Source: Macrostomum lignano
Taxonomy: Eukaryota
Reading direction: 5' to 3'
Assembly: GCA_002269645.1 (NCBI GenBank)
Contig: NIVC01004884.1
Location: 1-32,442 of the forward strand
Length of the DNA stretch: 32,442 nt
Under the pieces are notes generated by a model. It did not search any database. It saw only the letters and a program-made list of their open reading frames with translations, and had not been told where the DNA came from. This document shows positions 1 through 11,750 of the stretch, piece after piece. The translations under genes were made by a program, and so were the position numbers. Within the stretch, counting starts at the first letter, position 1, and the number at the start of each line of letters is the position of its first letter.

Positions 1-91
1 TAATAATTAATACCACAAATTCAAACAATCAAATCGTTAGATTTCAAACTGCAATTACATGATGCTTAAACTGAAGAAATGCTTGCATTAT

Positions 92-473
92 TTATTGATA
101 AAATGGTGCCACGCAATCATTCGGCAGTTCATTCTTAGCAACAGCGCTCAAATCATTGGTAAGTCTCTCATAAACCGCAACGTACTTCTGCCAGACGTCG
201 GGAAACTGTCTGGACATCCGGGCAATTCGCTGGCGCAGCTGGCCAGGCGTCAACTGATAAGCGTTTCGCCTATCCAACGACATGGCCTCGTAGTCAGCTG
301 AGTGACGCCTAATCTAATTCGGCCAGCAACAGCAGGTCCGCCTGCGGTATGTGATGCTTCACCCGTTCGCCAACAGACGCCTTGGCTTGTAGGGCCGCAA
401 CTGTTGGTGTCTCCTTGGTGACGGAAAGATTTGCTAGACGCTTTTCTGGCTCGCTTCCGAGAATTCGAGGCAT
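92..473 (-). CDS. NOP16: Nucleolar protein 16, exon 3 (last); two apparent +1 frameshifts (near 425-427 and 314)
   Basis: Acceptor tttttctcacctgcAG at 474, phase 1. Removing one T (425-427) and one G (314) gives ...DASNSRKRARKASSKSSVTKETPTVAALQAKAS...LLAELIRRHSADYEAMSLDRRNAYQLTPGQLRQRIARMSRQFPDVWQKY...*. This matches the NOP16 C-terminal motif recalled as HGEDYKAMARDEKNYYQDTPKQIRSKI. Confidence 0.85.
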
Positions 474-515
474 CTGCAGGTGAGAAAAAGATTTCAGGGG
501 TGACAAAAATCTAAT

Positions 516-1420
516 TTCTCAATGGGACTGGGGCCGATTCTCAATGGGACCAGGGCGATTCTCAATGGGACTGGGGCGATTCTCAATGGGACCAGGGCGA
601 TTCCAATGGGACCAGGGCGATTCTCAATGGGACTGGGGCGATTCTCAATGGGACTGGGCGATTCTCAATAGGACTGGGGCGATTCTCAATGGGACTGGGG
701 CGATTCTCAATGGGACCAGGGCGATTCTCAATGGGACTGGGGCGATTCTCAATGGGACTGGGGCGATTCTCAATGGGACTGGGGCGATTCTCAATGGGAC
801 TGGGGCGATTCTCAATGGGACTGGGGCGATCTCAATGGGACCAGGGCGATTCTCAATGGGACCAGGGCGATTCTCAATGGGACTGGGGCGATTCTCAATG
901 GGACCAGGGCGATTCTCAATGGGACTGGGGCGATTGTCAATGGGACTGGGGCGATTCTCAATGGGACCAGGGCGATTCTCAATGGGACTGGGGCAATTCT
1001 CAATGGACTGGGGTAATTCTCAATGGGACCAGGGCGATTCTCAATGGGATTGGGCGATTCTCAATGGGACTGGGGCGATTCTCAATGGGATTGGGGCGAT
1101 TCTCAATGGGACTGGGCGATTCTCAATAGGACTGGGGCGATTCTCAATGGGACTGGGGCGATTCTCAATAGGACTGGGGCGATTCTCAATGGGACTGGGG
1201 CGATTCTCAATGGGAATGGGGCGATTCTCAATGGGACTGGGGCGATTCTCAATGGGACTGGGGCGATTCTCAATGGGACTGGGGCGATTCTCAATAGGAC
1301 TGAGGCGATTCTCAATAGGACTGGGGCGATTCTCAATGGGACTGGGGCGATTCCCACTGGGGAATGGGGCGATTCTCAATGGGAAGTGGGCGATTTTCAA
1401 TCTTAGTTGAGGCGATTCTC
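516..1420. repeat. 21-bp minisatellite (GGGGCGATTCTCAATGGGACT)n filling NOP16 intron 2
   Basis: Directly visible tandem array of about 40 units with 20-bp variants. It explains the repetitive ORFs at 544-1410. Confidence 0.97.
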
Positions 1421-1482
1421 AACCTAAGATCCAGCCTTGGAAGTCCAAGACCACACCGCACTGTATTTGCAAGCATGCTCAC

Positions 1483-1690
1483 CTTTACCAGCGGCGCCAT
1501 CTCCAGAAACAGCCGCAGCCTCCGTTCTCTCTTCGCTGCCCTCATCGTTGACAGAATCATCGACTGGAGCGTCGCCGTCAACCAGGGCTGGCAGGCGGGG
1601 CTTCGGCACCCCGAAGGTCACTCCGGGATCGTAGCACAGGCCGAGCCGACTGAAGTTGCTGCGAGCTGAGCTGCCGGCCTGCCAGGCGGC
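1483..1690 (-). CDS. NOP16: Nucleolar protein 16, exon 2 (208 nt)
   Basis: Acceptor ccctctggtacAG at 1691 (phase 0) and donor GTGAG at 1482 (phase 1). Reads AAWQAGSSARSNFSRLGLCYDPGVTFGVPK..., matching NOP16 HAWDHAKSVRQNLAEMGLAVDPN. Confidence 0.88.
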
Positions 1691-1812
1691 CTGTACCAGA
1701 GGGTGTGGGGAACAGAGTGCGTATTAGGCATTCGTGAAATAGCAGATATTGTGACAGCTCGCGTCAAATTCGCTATGAGCAGCAGGGCATGGCGGCGACC
1801 ATTTGGGTACTT

Positions 1813-2754
1813 TTAGATGTCCACTGCATCCTGTCTTTATCAGTTGGGATGTCCACTGCATCCTGTCTTTATCAGTTGGGATGTCCACTGCATCATGTCT
1901 TTATCAGTTGGGATGTCCACCGCATCATGTCTTTATCAGTTGGGATGTCCACCGCATTCTGTCTTTATCAGTTGGATGTCCACTGCATCCTGTCTTTATC
2001 AGTTGGGATGTCCACTGCATCATGTCTTTATCAGTTGGGATGTCCACTGCATCATGTCTTTATCAGTTGGGATGTCCACTGCATCATGTCTTTATCAGTT
2101 GGGATGTCCACTGCATCATGTCTTTATCAGTTGGGATGTCCACTGCATCCTGTCTTTATCAGTTGGGATGTCAACTGCATCCTGTCTTTATCAGTTCGGA
2201 TGTCCACTGCATCCTGTCTTTATCAGTTCGGATGTCCACTGCATCATGTCTTTATCAGTTCGGATGTCCACTGCATCATGTCTTTATCAGTTGGGATGTC
2301 CACTGCATCCTGTCTTTATCAGTTGGGATGTCAACTGCATCCTGTCTTTATCAGTTCGGATGTCCACTGCATCCTGTCTTTATCAGTTCGGATGTCCACT
2401 GCATCATGTCTTTATCAGTTCGGATGTCCACTGCATCATGTCTTTATCAGTTGGGATGTCCACCGCATCCTGTCTTAAACAGTTGGGATGTCCACCGCAT
2501 CCTGTCTTAAACAGTTGGGATGTCCACCGCATCCTGTCTTAAACAGTTGGGATGTCCACCGCATCCTGTCTTAAACAGTTGGGATGTCCACCGCATCCTG
2601 TCTTAAACAGTTGGGATGTCCACCGCATCCTGTCTTAAACAGTTGGGATGTCCACCGCATCCTGTCTTAAACAGTTGGGATGTCCACCGCATCCTGTCTT
2701 AAACAGTTAGGATGTCCAAAACATCCTGTCTCAAACAGTTGGGATGTCCATCGC
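1813..2754. repeat. 32-bp minisatellite (GGGATGTCCACTGCATCCTGTCTTTATCAGTT)n filling NOP16 intron 1
   Basis: Visible array of about 29 units. The right block (about 2455-2750) is a homogeneous CCGCATCCTGTCTTAAACAG variant. Confidence 0.97.
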
Positions 2755-2814
2755 ACTAGCTATCATCCAAAACAAGCATGGGTTGCAGAGGACCAGGAAG
2801 CACTGTCGGCTCAC

Positions 2815-2931
2815 CTGTACATCAGCATCCGACACGAGCACCTCAGTGGACTGAGTTTGCTTGTTGCGCCACTGCCGTTTTCGATTGGTATGGTAGCGAA
2901 ACCGTTTGGCTCGCTTCTTTACTTTACCCAT
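2815..2931 (-). CDS. NOP16: Nucleolar protein 16, exon 1 (39 codons)
   Basis: ATG at 2931 gives MGKVKKRAKRFRYHTNRKRQWRNKQ...DVQ, then donor GTGAG at 2814 (phase 0, compatible with exon 2). The basic N-terminus with an F-x-Y-x-x-NRKR motif is typical of NOP16. Confidence 0.88.
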
Positions 2932-3214
2932 GATGGCAAATGCACGGCAGTTTCATTAGTTTATAAGTGTAGAAAAGTGTAAAATAAGCTGATAAATAGA
3001 ATTTCTCGTAGTGGAAATGAGAGAAGAGTTCAGGGACATTGAGTAAAGACGTTTGATCTGTGACAAGATTGGGAAACCGTCAGGCAGTGACTAAAGGATT
3101 GACTCAAAATAACAGCCTGAATAATACATAGAGACTCATCCAAAAACTGGGAATGAATTACAGAGTAACTCGGGTAATAACTAAGTTACACTGACTCAAA
3201 GAAATACTGACCGA

Positions 3215-3507
3215 ATCATAGAGTGACTTAGAGAATAACTGAGGGTGAATCATAGAGTGACTTAGGGAATAATTGAGGGTGAATCATAGAGTGACTCAGG
3301 CAATAACTGAGGGTGAATCATAGAGTGACTCAGGGAATAACTGAGAGTCAATCATGGAGTGACTCAGGGAATAACTGAGGGTGAATCATAGAGTGACTCA
3401 GGGAATAACTGAGGGTGAATCATAGAGTGACTCAGGGAATAACTGAGGGTGAATCATAGAGTGACTCAGGGAATAACTGACGGTGAATCATAGAGTGACT
3501 CAGGGAA
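3215..3507. repeat. 34-bp minisatellite (GAGGGTGAATCATAGAGTGACTCAGGGAATAACT)n
   Basis: About 8 visible units (starts at 3241, 3275 and onward). Degenerate units extend left to about 3090. Confidence 0.93.
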
Positions 3508-4364
3508 TGCTACAGTGACTGATATAGGCTATGAGAGAAACAGTAAAGAAGGAAAACGTACAGCACTAATCCAAGTTAAACTGCCTGCGTCTGCAACAGG
3601 GAAGTGTTTATTCAAACTCTAGGCGCAATCTAATCACTAAAAGCGCATTGACTACTGCGAGTAGAGAAACATTTCGATTAGAAGCTTATCAAATCGCAAC
3701 AAAAGAAAACAGACAAAAGCGGAGGAACAGTTTTTCTGTTATTTTTTTCTTCAAAACAAAAATCGAGGACGAGGTTTGAGGGACAGCAGATTATGCAAAA
3801 AAATGAATTATACCTCTCAGCTAAATAGAGCTAAAGAGTTAAATAGCAGTAACAAAGCAAAACTGAAAATGAATTTAACTGTGATTGGTTATACAGAAGC
3901 AACGGTAGGTATCTGCAGCAATGACTCTGGGGTCTTAGAGTCGTACCTGAGGCGTGCCGGAGTCGCTGCAGAATCACTGAGTTGCGTCTAAAGCGCACCT
4001 GCGTCACTTCATGAATCAGCTGAATCGAATTCCGCATTTAAAACCCTATTTAGTCTACTAGAGTTAGTAGAAAGTTAAGCGTTAAAACAGCGATTATTAG
4101 ACGACTTTTTTTGCGACTCTTACGATTCTGCAACTCACACTATGCGCTCGGGACTCAACAGTCGCCTCTCTGTCGCATTTCAGTCGTTTGAGTCGGTAAA
4201 AAGTCACCAGAGTCACCCCAGAGTCGCTAGTGAGTTGTTTGCAATGACTCTAGCGTTACTTGTCACGATAACGTTTTTAACTCAATAAGCACAGGGCCAG
4301 TCATAAATAACGGTCATAAGCTTAGGGTCATGATGCATGTACATGCAAGCATTTGGGTCATACT

Positions 4365-4930
4365 CATACATATCAGTCATAAGCATTTGAGTCATACATA
4401 TCAGTCATAAGCATTTGAGTCATACATATCAGTCATAAGCATTTGAGTCATACATATCAGTCATAAGCATTTGAGTCATACATATAAGTCATAAGCATTT
4501 GAGTCATACTCATACATATCAGTCATAAGAATTGAGTCATACTCATACAAATCAGTCATAAGAATTGAGTCATACTTATACAAATCAGTCATAAGAATTG
4601 AGTCATACTCATACAAGGCAGTCATAAGCATTTGAGTCATACTCATACATATAAGTCATAAGCATTGAGTCATTCAAATTGACTCATACAAATCAGTCAT
4701 AAGCTTTTGAGTCATACTCATACAAATCAGTCATAAGAATTGAGTCATACTCATACAAGGCAGTCATAAGCATTTGAGTCATACTCATACATATAAGTCA
4801 TAAGCATTGAGTCATTCGAATTGACTCATACAAATCAGTCATAAGAATTGAGTCATACTCATACAAATCAGTCATAAGAATTGAGTCATACTCATACAAA
4901 TCAGTCATAAGAATTGAGTCATACTCATAC
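4365..4930. repeat. 27/33-bp minisatellite (TTGAGTCATACTCATACAAATCAGTCATAAGAA)n
   Basis: Visible array with 27-bp units on the left and 33-bp units on the right. Confidence 0.93.
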
Positions 4931-5454
4931 ATATCGACCTGGGGTAAAAACTCAATTATTTAATAGCACAAATAGTTTAAAACAACCTTTAGCTGACAGA
5001 GATGAGTAATAAGAAAATTAATAAGATAATTAATGATTGATGCATATTTGCAGGAACAACTTACACAATAGAGTTGAAACATAAGCTGGAATATGAGTTA
5101 TTAATTACAAAATGAATTTTATACATACCTGTAACGCGAAGAAGTGAAGGTCCTACAGCTCAGAGTTGAGGATAGGAATCTCGTTAAAAACGATATACCA
5201 TGACGCAGTTCTAAATATAGAATGGAAACTATTACACAGAGTGGCAAAAGTGATAAACAACAATCATAGAACAGGTTATTAAAAATTATTAGATAGTACA
5301 ATGATTTAGCCAGAAAAACAGGCTTTATATTTATTGCTTTATTCGATGCAGCCCAGTCAAAAACAGATGAATACATTTTTATACCCTCAGCTAACTCTAG
5401 TGCAGGCGACTGTTAGTTAAAATCTTAAAGCAGTACTCTTCATTTATGTCAAGG

Positions 5455-6756
5455 GTGCTGCAGCCCTACCTCTAGCCGTGTCTAGGGTGCTGCTGCACTC
5501 CCTCTAGCCTTATCTAGGGTGCTGCTGCCCTCCCTCTAGCCGTGTCTATGGTGCTGCTGCCCTCCCTCTAGCCTTATCTAGGGTGCTGCTGCCCTCCCTC
5601 TAGCCGTGTCTAGGGTGCTGCTGCCCTCCCTCTAGCCGTGTCTAGGGTGCTGCTGCCCTCCCTCTAGCCGTGTCTAGGGTGCTGCTGCCCTCCCTCTAGC
5701 CGTGTCTAGGGGGGCTGCTGCCCTCCTCTAGCCGTGTCTAGGGGGGGCTGCTGCCCTCCCTCTAGCCTTATCTAGGGTGCTGCTGCCCTCCCTCTAGCCT
5801 TATCTAGGGTGCTGCTGCCCTCCCTCTAGCCGTGTCTAGGGTGCTGCTGCCCTCCCTCTAGCCGTGTCTAGGGTGCTGCTGCCCTCCCTCTAGCCGTGTC
5901 TAGGGTGCTGCTGCCCTCCCTCTAGCCTTATCTAGGGTGCTGCTGCCCACCCTCTAGCCTTATCTAGGGTGCTGCTGCCCTCCCTCTAGCCGTGTCTAGG
6001 GTGCTGCTGCCCTCCCTCTAGCCGTGTCTAGGGTGCTGCTGCCCTCCCTCTAGCCGTGTCTAGGGGGGCTGCTGCCCTCCCTCTAGCCTTATCTAGGGTG
6101 CTGCTGCCCACCCTCTAGCCTTATCTAGGGTGCTGCTGCCCTCCCTCTAGCCGTGTCTAGGGTGCTGCTGCCCTCCCTCTAGCCGTGTCTAGGGGGCTGC
6201 TGCCCTCCCTCTAGCCTTATCTAGGGTGCTGCTGCCCACCCTCTAGCCTTATCTAGGGTGCTGCTGCCCTCCCTCTAGCCGTGTCTAGGGTGCTGCTGCC
6301 CTCCCTCTAGCCGTGTCTATGGTGCTGCTGCCCTCCCTCTAGCCTTATCTAGGGTGCTGCTGCCCACCCTCTAGCCGTGTCTAGGGTGCTGCTGCCCTCC
6401 CTCTAGCCGTGTCTAGGGTGCTGCTGCCCTCCCTCTAGCCGTGTCTAGGGTGCTGCTGCCCTCCCTCTAGCCGTGTCTAGGGTGCTGCTGCCCTCCCTCT
6501 AGCCGTGTCTATGGTGCTGCTGCCCTCCCTCTAGCCGTGTCTAGGGGGGGCTGCTGCCCTCCCTCTAGCCTTATCTAGGGTGCTGCCCTCCCTCTAGCCT
6601 TATCTAGGGTGCTGCTGCCCTCCCTCTAGCCTTATCTAGGGTTCTGCTGCCCTCCCTCTAGCCTTATCTAGGGTTCTGCTGCCCTCCCTCTAGCCTTATC
6701 TAGGGTGCTGCTGCCCTCCCTCTAGCCGTATCTAGGGTTCTGCTGCCCTCCCTCTG
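5455..6756. repeat. 32-bp minisatellite (CTAGGGTGCTGCTGCCCTCCCTCTAGCCGTGT)n
   Basis: About 40 visible units with two alternating variants (GCCGTGT / GCCTTAT). Confidence 0.97.
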
Positions 6757-6886
6757 GTCTTTGCTGAACCAGTTGAAAAAAAAGTTTGCCAAAGCTTGCA
6801 TTAGCGAGGGAATGCCAGGTTAGTTTTTTTGTTTAAAATTTCAAACAAAATAAAGGCAGATAAAAAACACTCGTGAACAAAACCGG

Positions 6887-7402
6887 TCAGGTGTAAATCT
6901 CGGCAAACAGAGGCGTGGGACTCTGACTGCTCAGGGAGGCGAAGAGCTTGGAGAGCGACTCTTCAAACGTCTTGGACCATTCAAACAGGATGCAAAGCTC
7001 TCGCATCTTCGGCTGCCATCTGTCATCAAATTTGGCAATAAAAGCGTGCCTAGTAACCTTGGCCAGCCGCATGAACATGTCGAATGCCAGCTGTTCAATG
7101 TCCTCAGGCAGTTCGTCCTTCTCCGTCGAGGACAGATCGAATAGTTTCATCAGGGTGAACAGGGCGATGAGGCCGACGTCGCTGCCTGTCACCTTGTGAA
7201 TGTATTCAAAGTACCGATCGTTGGACGAGACGGCCGAGAGGCCGGGCATGAACGACCTGTCCAAGTTTCGGATGCTCTTATTCGGGTCCACGGTGTACGT
7301 CTTGCCGTCGATGCTCACCGACATCTGGCGCTTGCTGGGATCGAACTTTAGACTGAACAGCGGCACCAGCACTGAGTGAATGCGGCGCTTTACCAGCAGC
7401 AC
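6887..7402 (-). CDS. Divergent nuclear hormone receptor, exon 3 (C-terminal ligand-binding domain)
   Basis: Acceptor cgcctccaacccAG at 7403, phase 0; 171 codons plus TGA. Contains the helix 8/9-like ALFTLMKLFD and ends TPLFAEIYT*, fitting the AF-2 core pattern (hydrophobic, hydrophobic, x, E, hydrophobic, hydrophobic). Confidence 0.8.
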   Translation of the reverse strand: MLLVKRRIHSVLVPLFSLKFDPSKRQMSVSIDGKTYTVDPNKSIRNLDRSFMPGLSAVSSNDRYFEYIHKVTGSDVGLIALFTLMKLFDLSSTEKDELPEDIEQLAFDMFMRLAKVTRHAFIAKFDDRWQPKMRELCILFEWSKTFEESLSKLFASLSSQSPTPLFAEIYT

Positions 7403-7418
7403 CTGGGTTGGAGGCGTA

Positions 7419-8083
7419 AGATCTCATCTAGAGACTAGATCTGTGTCTATGGGCTAGATCTCATCTAGAGACTAGATCTGTGTCTATGGGCTAGATCTCA
7501 TCTAGAGACTAGATCTGTGTCTATGGGCTAGATCTCATCTAGAGACTAGATCTGTGTCTATGGGCTAGATCTCATCTAGAGACTAGATCTGTGTCTATGG
7601 GCTAGATCTCATCTAGAGACTAGATCTGTGTCTATGGGCTAGATCTCATCTAGAGACTAGATCTGTGTCTATGGGCTAGATCTCATCTAGAGACTAAATC
7701 TCTGTCTATAGGCTAGGTCTTATCTAGAGATTAGATCTGTCTATGGACTAGATCTCATCTGGAGACTAGATCTCTGTCTATGGGCTAGGTCTTATATAGA
7801 GACTAGATCTATGTCTATGGGCTAGATCTCTTCTAGGGACTAGATCTGTCTATGGACTAGATCTATATTTATGGACTAAATCTCATCTGGATACTATAGA
7901 TCTGTCTATGGGCTAGATCTCATCTAGAGACTAGATCTATGTCTATGGGCTAGGTCTCATCTAGAGACTAGATCTATGTCTATGGGCTAGGTCTCATCTA
8001 GAGACTAGATCTATGTCTATGGGCTAGGTCTCATCTAGAGACCAGATCTATGTTTATGGACTAGATCTCATCTAGAGGCTAGA
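7419..8083. repeat. 37-bp minisatellite (AGATCTCATCTAGAGACTAGATCTGTGTCTATGGGCT)n filling receptor intron 2
   Basis: Period of 37 (7419, 7456 and onward). About 7 perfect units, then degenerate ones. Rich in AGATCT and TCTAGA palindromes. Confidence 0.96.
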
Positions 8084-8262
8084 TTAGGAGCTCAACAAGA
8101 TTTTTGGCTAAATGGATCAATACACTAGGCGATAATTATAATTATAATGTATAATATGGGTTACTAATAGAATAATCCGCACGGGCTACCCTTAACTATC
8201 TGATTTCTAGGTAAATACAAAAGCTATTAGAAATAGAATTCCAGGTGGAATTCACAACTTAC

Positions 8263-8535
8263 CGAATGCTCGGGCCTCCATTCCGTCATCTGTTTAAAGA
8301 AATCAGTGGCTAGAAAGGTCTTGCAGAAGCTGACAGCCGGCTGAATAAAGATCTCCAACTGGCTGATCATCTCCTTCCAGTCATTGAGCTGCTCGGAGAG
8401 GCCTTGGGACAGGTCGTGGCTGAGTTGAAACGGAACCGACATGTCGGCACTGGTGCAGCTCTCCAATATGTTGCCGATTTGGGCTAGAAATTCGCCTTCA
8501 ATCTGGGTGCGATCCTCGCCGTAGTAATTTACTAC
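8263..8535 (-). CDS. Divergent nuclear hormone receptor, exon 2 (91 codons, hinge / LBD helices 1-3)
   Basis: Acceptor ttcccaaccacgccAG at 8536 and donor GTAAG at 8262, both phase 0; 273 nt open. The junction with exon 3 reads FCKTFLATDFFKQMTEWRPEHS|VLLVK, a degenerate FAK...F..L...DQ..LLK LBD signature. Confidence 0.8.
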
Positions 8536-8599
8536 CTGGCGTGGTTGGGAAATTAATGCTGCGTTATGGAATCTGAGAGCTCTGACTAGGTGCTCCTTT

Positions 8600-11500
8600 T
8601 AGAGGTGGTCCTATGGGCAATTCTAGATGTGGTCCTCTGTGGTCCTCTATGGTGTTCCTCGATGGGCGATTCTAGATGTAGTCCTCTGTGGTCCTCTATG
8701 GTGGTCCTCTATGGGCGATTCTAGATGTGGTCCTCTATGGGCGATATTAGATGTGGTCCTCTATGGGCGATTCTAAATGTGGTCCTCTATGGGCGATTCT
8801 AGATGTGGTCCTCTATGGGCGATATTAGATGTGGTCCTCTATGGGCGATTCTAAATGTGGTCCTCTATGGGCAATTCTAGATGTGGTCCTAAATGGGCGA
8901 TTCTAGATGTGGTCCTAAATGGACGATTCCAGATGTGGTCCTCTATGGGCGATTCTAGATGTGGTCCTATGGGCGATTCTAGATGTGGTCCTATGGGCGA
9001 TTCTAGATGTGGTCCTCTATAGGCAATTCTAGATGTGGTCCTCAATGGGCAATTCTAGATGTGGTCCTAAATGGGCGATTCTAGATGTGGTCCTAAATGG
9101 GCGATTCTAGATGTGGTCCTCAATGGGCAATTCTAGATGTGGTCCTCAATGGGCAATTCTAGATGTGGTCCTAAATGGGCAATTCTAGATGTGGTCCTCT
9201 ATGGGCAATTCTAGATGTGGTCCTCAATGGGCAATTCTAGATGTGGTCCTCTATGGGCGATTCTAGATTTGGTCCTCTATGGGCGATTCTAAATGTGGTC
9301 CTCTATGGGCAATTCTAGATGTGGTCCTAAATGGGCGATTCTAGATGTGGTCCTAAATGGACGATTCCAGATGTGGTCCTCTATGGGCGATTCTAGATGT
9401 GGTCCTATGGGCGATTCTAGATGTGGTCCTCTATGGGCGATTCTAGATGTGGTCCTCTATGGGCAATTCTAGATGTGGTCCTCAATGGGCAATTCTAGAT
9501 GTGGTCCTAAATGGGCGATTCTAGATGTGGTCCTATGGCCGATTCCAGATGTGGTCCTCTATGGGCGATTCTAGATGTGGTCCTCAATGGGCAATTCTAG
9601 ATGTGGTCCTAAATGGGCAATTCTAGATGTGGTCCTAAATGAGCAATTCTAGATGTGGTCCTCTATGGGCGATTCTAGATGTGGTCCTCAATGGGCAATT
9701 CTAGATGTGGTCCTCTATGGCCGATTCAAGATGTGGTCCTCTATGGCCGATTCTAGATGTGGTCCTCTATGGCCGATTCTAGATGTGGTCCTATGGGCGA
9801 TTCCAGATGTGGTCCTCTATGGACGATTCCAGATGTGGTCCTATGGGCGATTCTAGATGTGGTCCTCTATGGGCGATTCTAGATGTGGTCCTCAATGGGC
9901 GATTCTAGATGTGGTCCTCTATGGGAAATTCTAGATGTGGTCCTAAATGGGCGATTCTAGATGTGGTCCTCTATGGGAAATTCTAGATGTGGTCCTAAAT
10001 GGGCGATTCTAGATGTGGTCCTAAATGGGCAATTCTAGATGTGGTCCTCTATGGGCGATTCTAGATGTGGTCCTCAATGGGCGATTCTAGATGTGGTCCT
10101 CTATGGGCGATTCTAGATGTGGTCCTCAATGGGCGATTCTAGATGTGGTCCTCAATGGGCAATTCTAGATGTGGTCCTCTATGGGCGATTCTAGATGTGG
10201 TCCTCTATGGGCGATTCTAGATGTGGTCCTCAATGGGCAATTCTAGATGTGGTCCTAAATGGGCGATTCTAGATGTGGTCCTAAATGGGCGATTCTAGAT
10301 GTGGTCCTCAATGGGCAATTCTAGATGTGGTCCTCAATGGGCAATTCTAGATGTGGTCCTCAATGGGCAATTCTAGATGTGGTCCTCAATGGGCAATTCT
10401 AGATGTGGTCCTCAATGGGCAATTCTAGATGTGGTCCTCAATGGGCAATTCTAGATGTGGTCCTCTATGGGCGATTCTAGATGTGGTCCTCAATGGGCAA
10501 TTCTAGATGTGATCCTCTATGGGCGATTCTAGATGTGGTCCTCTATGGGCGATTCTAGATTTGGTCCTCAATGGGCGATTCTAGATGTGGTCCTCAATGG
10601 GCAATTCTAGATGTGGTCCTCTATGGGCGATTCTAGATGTGGTCCTCTATGGGCGATTCTAGATGTGGTCCTCTATGGGCGATTCTAGATGTGGTCCTCT
10701 ATGGGCGATTCTAGATGTGGTCCTCTATGGGCGATTCTAGATGTGGTCCTCTATGGGTGATTCTAGATGTGGTCCTCTATGGACGATTCCAGATGTGGTC
10801 CTCTATGGGCGATTCTAGATGTGGTCCTCAATGGGCAATTCTAGATGTGATCCTCTATGGGCGATTCTAGATGTGGTCCTCTATGGGCGATTCTAGATTT
10901 GGTCCTCAATGGGCGATTCTAGATGTGGTCCTCAATGGGCAATTCTAGATGTGGTCCTCTATGGGCGATTCTAGATGTGGTCCTCTATGGGCGATTCTAG
11001 ATGTGGTCCTCTATGGGCGATTCTAGATGTGGTCCTCTATGGGCGATTCTAGATGTGGTCCTCTATGGGCGATTCTAGATGTGGTCCTCTATGGGTGATT
11101 CTAGATGTGGTCCTCTATGGACGATTCCAGATGTGGTCCTCTATGGGCGATTCTAGATGTGGTCCTCTATGGGCGATTCTAGATGTGGTCCACTATGGCC
11201 GATTCTAGATGTGGTCCTCTATGGCCGATTCTAGATGTGGTCCTCTATGGGCGATTCTAGATGTGGTCCACTATGGCCGATTCTAGATGTGGTCCTCTAT
11301 GGCCGATTCTAGATGTGGTCCTCTATGGGTGATTCTAGATGTGGTCCTCTATGGACGATTCCAGATGTGGTCCTCTATGGGCGATTCTAGATGTGGTCCT
11401 CTATGGGCGATTCTAGATGTGGTCCACTATGGCCGATTCTAGATGTGGTCCTCTATGGCCGATTCTAGATGTGGTCCTCTATGGGCGATTCTAGATGTGG

Positions 11501-11750
11501 TCCTATGGCCGATTCTAGATGTGGTCCTCTATGGCCGATCCTAGATGTGGTCCTCTATGGCCGATCCTAGATGTGGTCCTCTATGGCCGATTCTAGATGT
11601 GGTCCTCTATGGGCGATTCTAGATGTGGTCGTCTATGGCCGATCCTAGATGTGGTCCTCTATGGCCGATTCTAGATGTGGTCCTCTATGGGCGATTCTAG
11701 ATGTGGTCCTCAATGGGCGATTCTAGATGTGGTCCTATGGCCGATCCTAG
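8600..11750. repeat. 26-bp minisatellite (GGGCGATTCTAGATGTGGTCCTCTAT)n filling receptor intron 1
   Basis: About 120 visible units with 24-bp variants and 338-bp higher-order duplications. Confidence 0.97.

Noticed and set aside
544-2542. Long ORFs in the 21-mer and 32-mer arrays (e.g. 544-1410, 1789-2478, 1803-2510)
   Set aside because: These are stop-free translations of tandem repeats in several frames, lying inside NOP16 introns defined by good splice sites.
3776-5376. Short ORFs 3776-3991, 3831-4037 and 5119-5376
   Set aside because: No recognisable motifs or convincing splice-phase partners; the lengths are compatible with chance.
1813-11750. Regular 26-37-bp partly palindromic repeats resembling CRISPR arrays
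   Set aside because: The units are head-to-tail with no unique spacers, there are no cas genes, and the context is eukaryotic introns.
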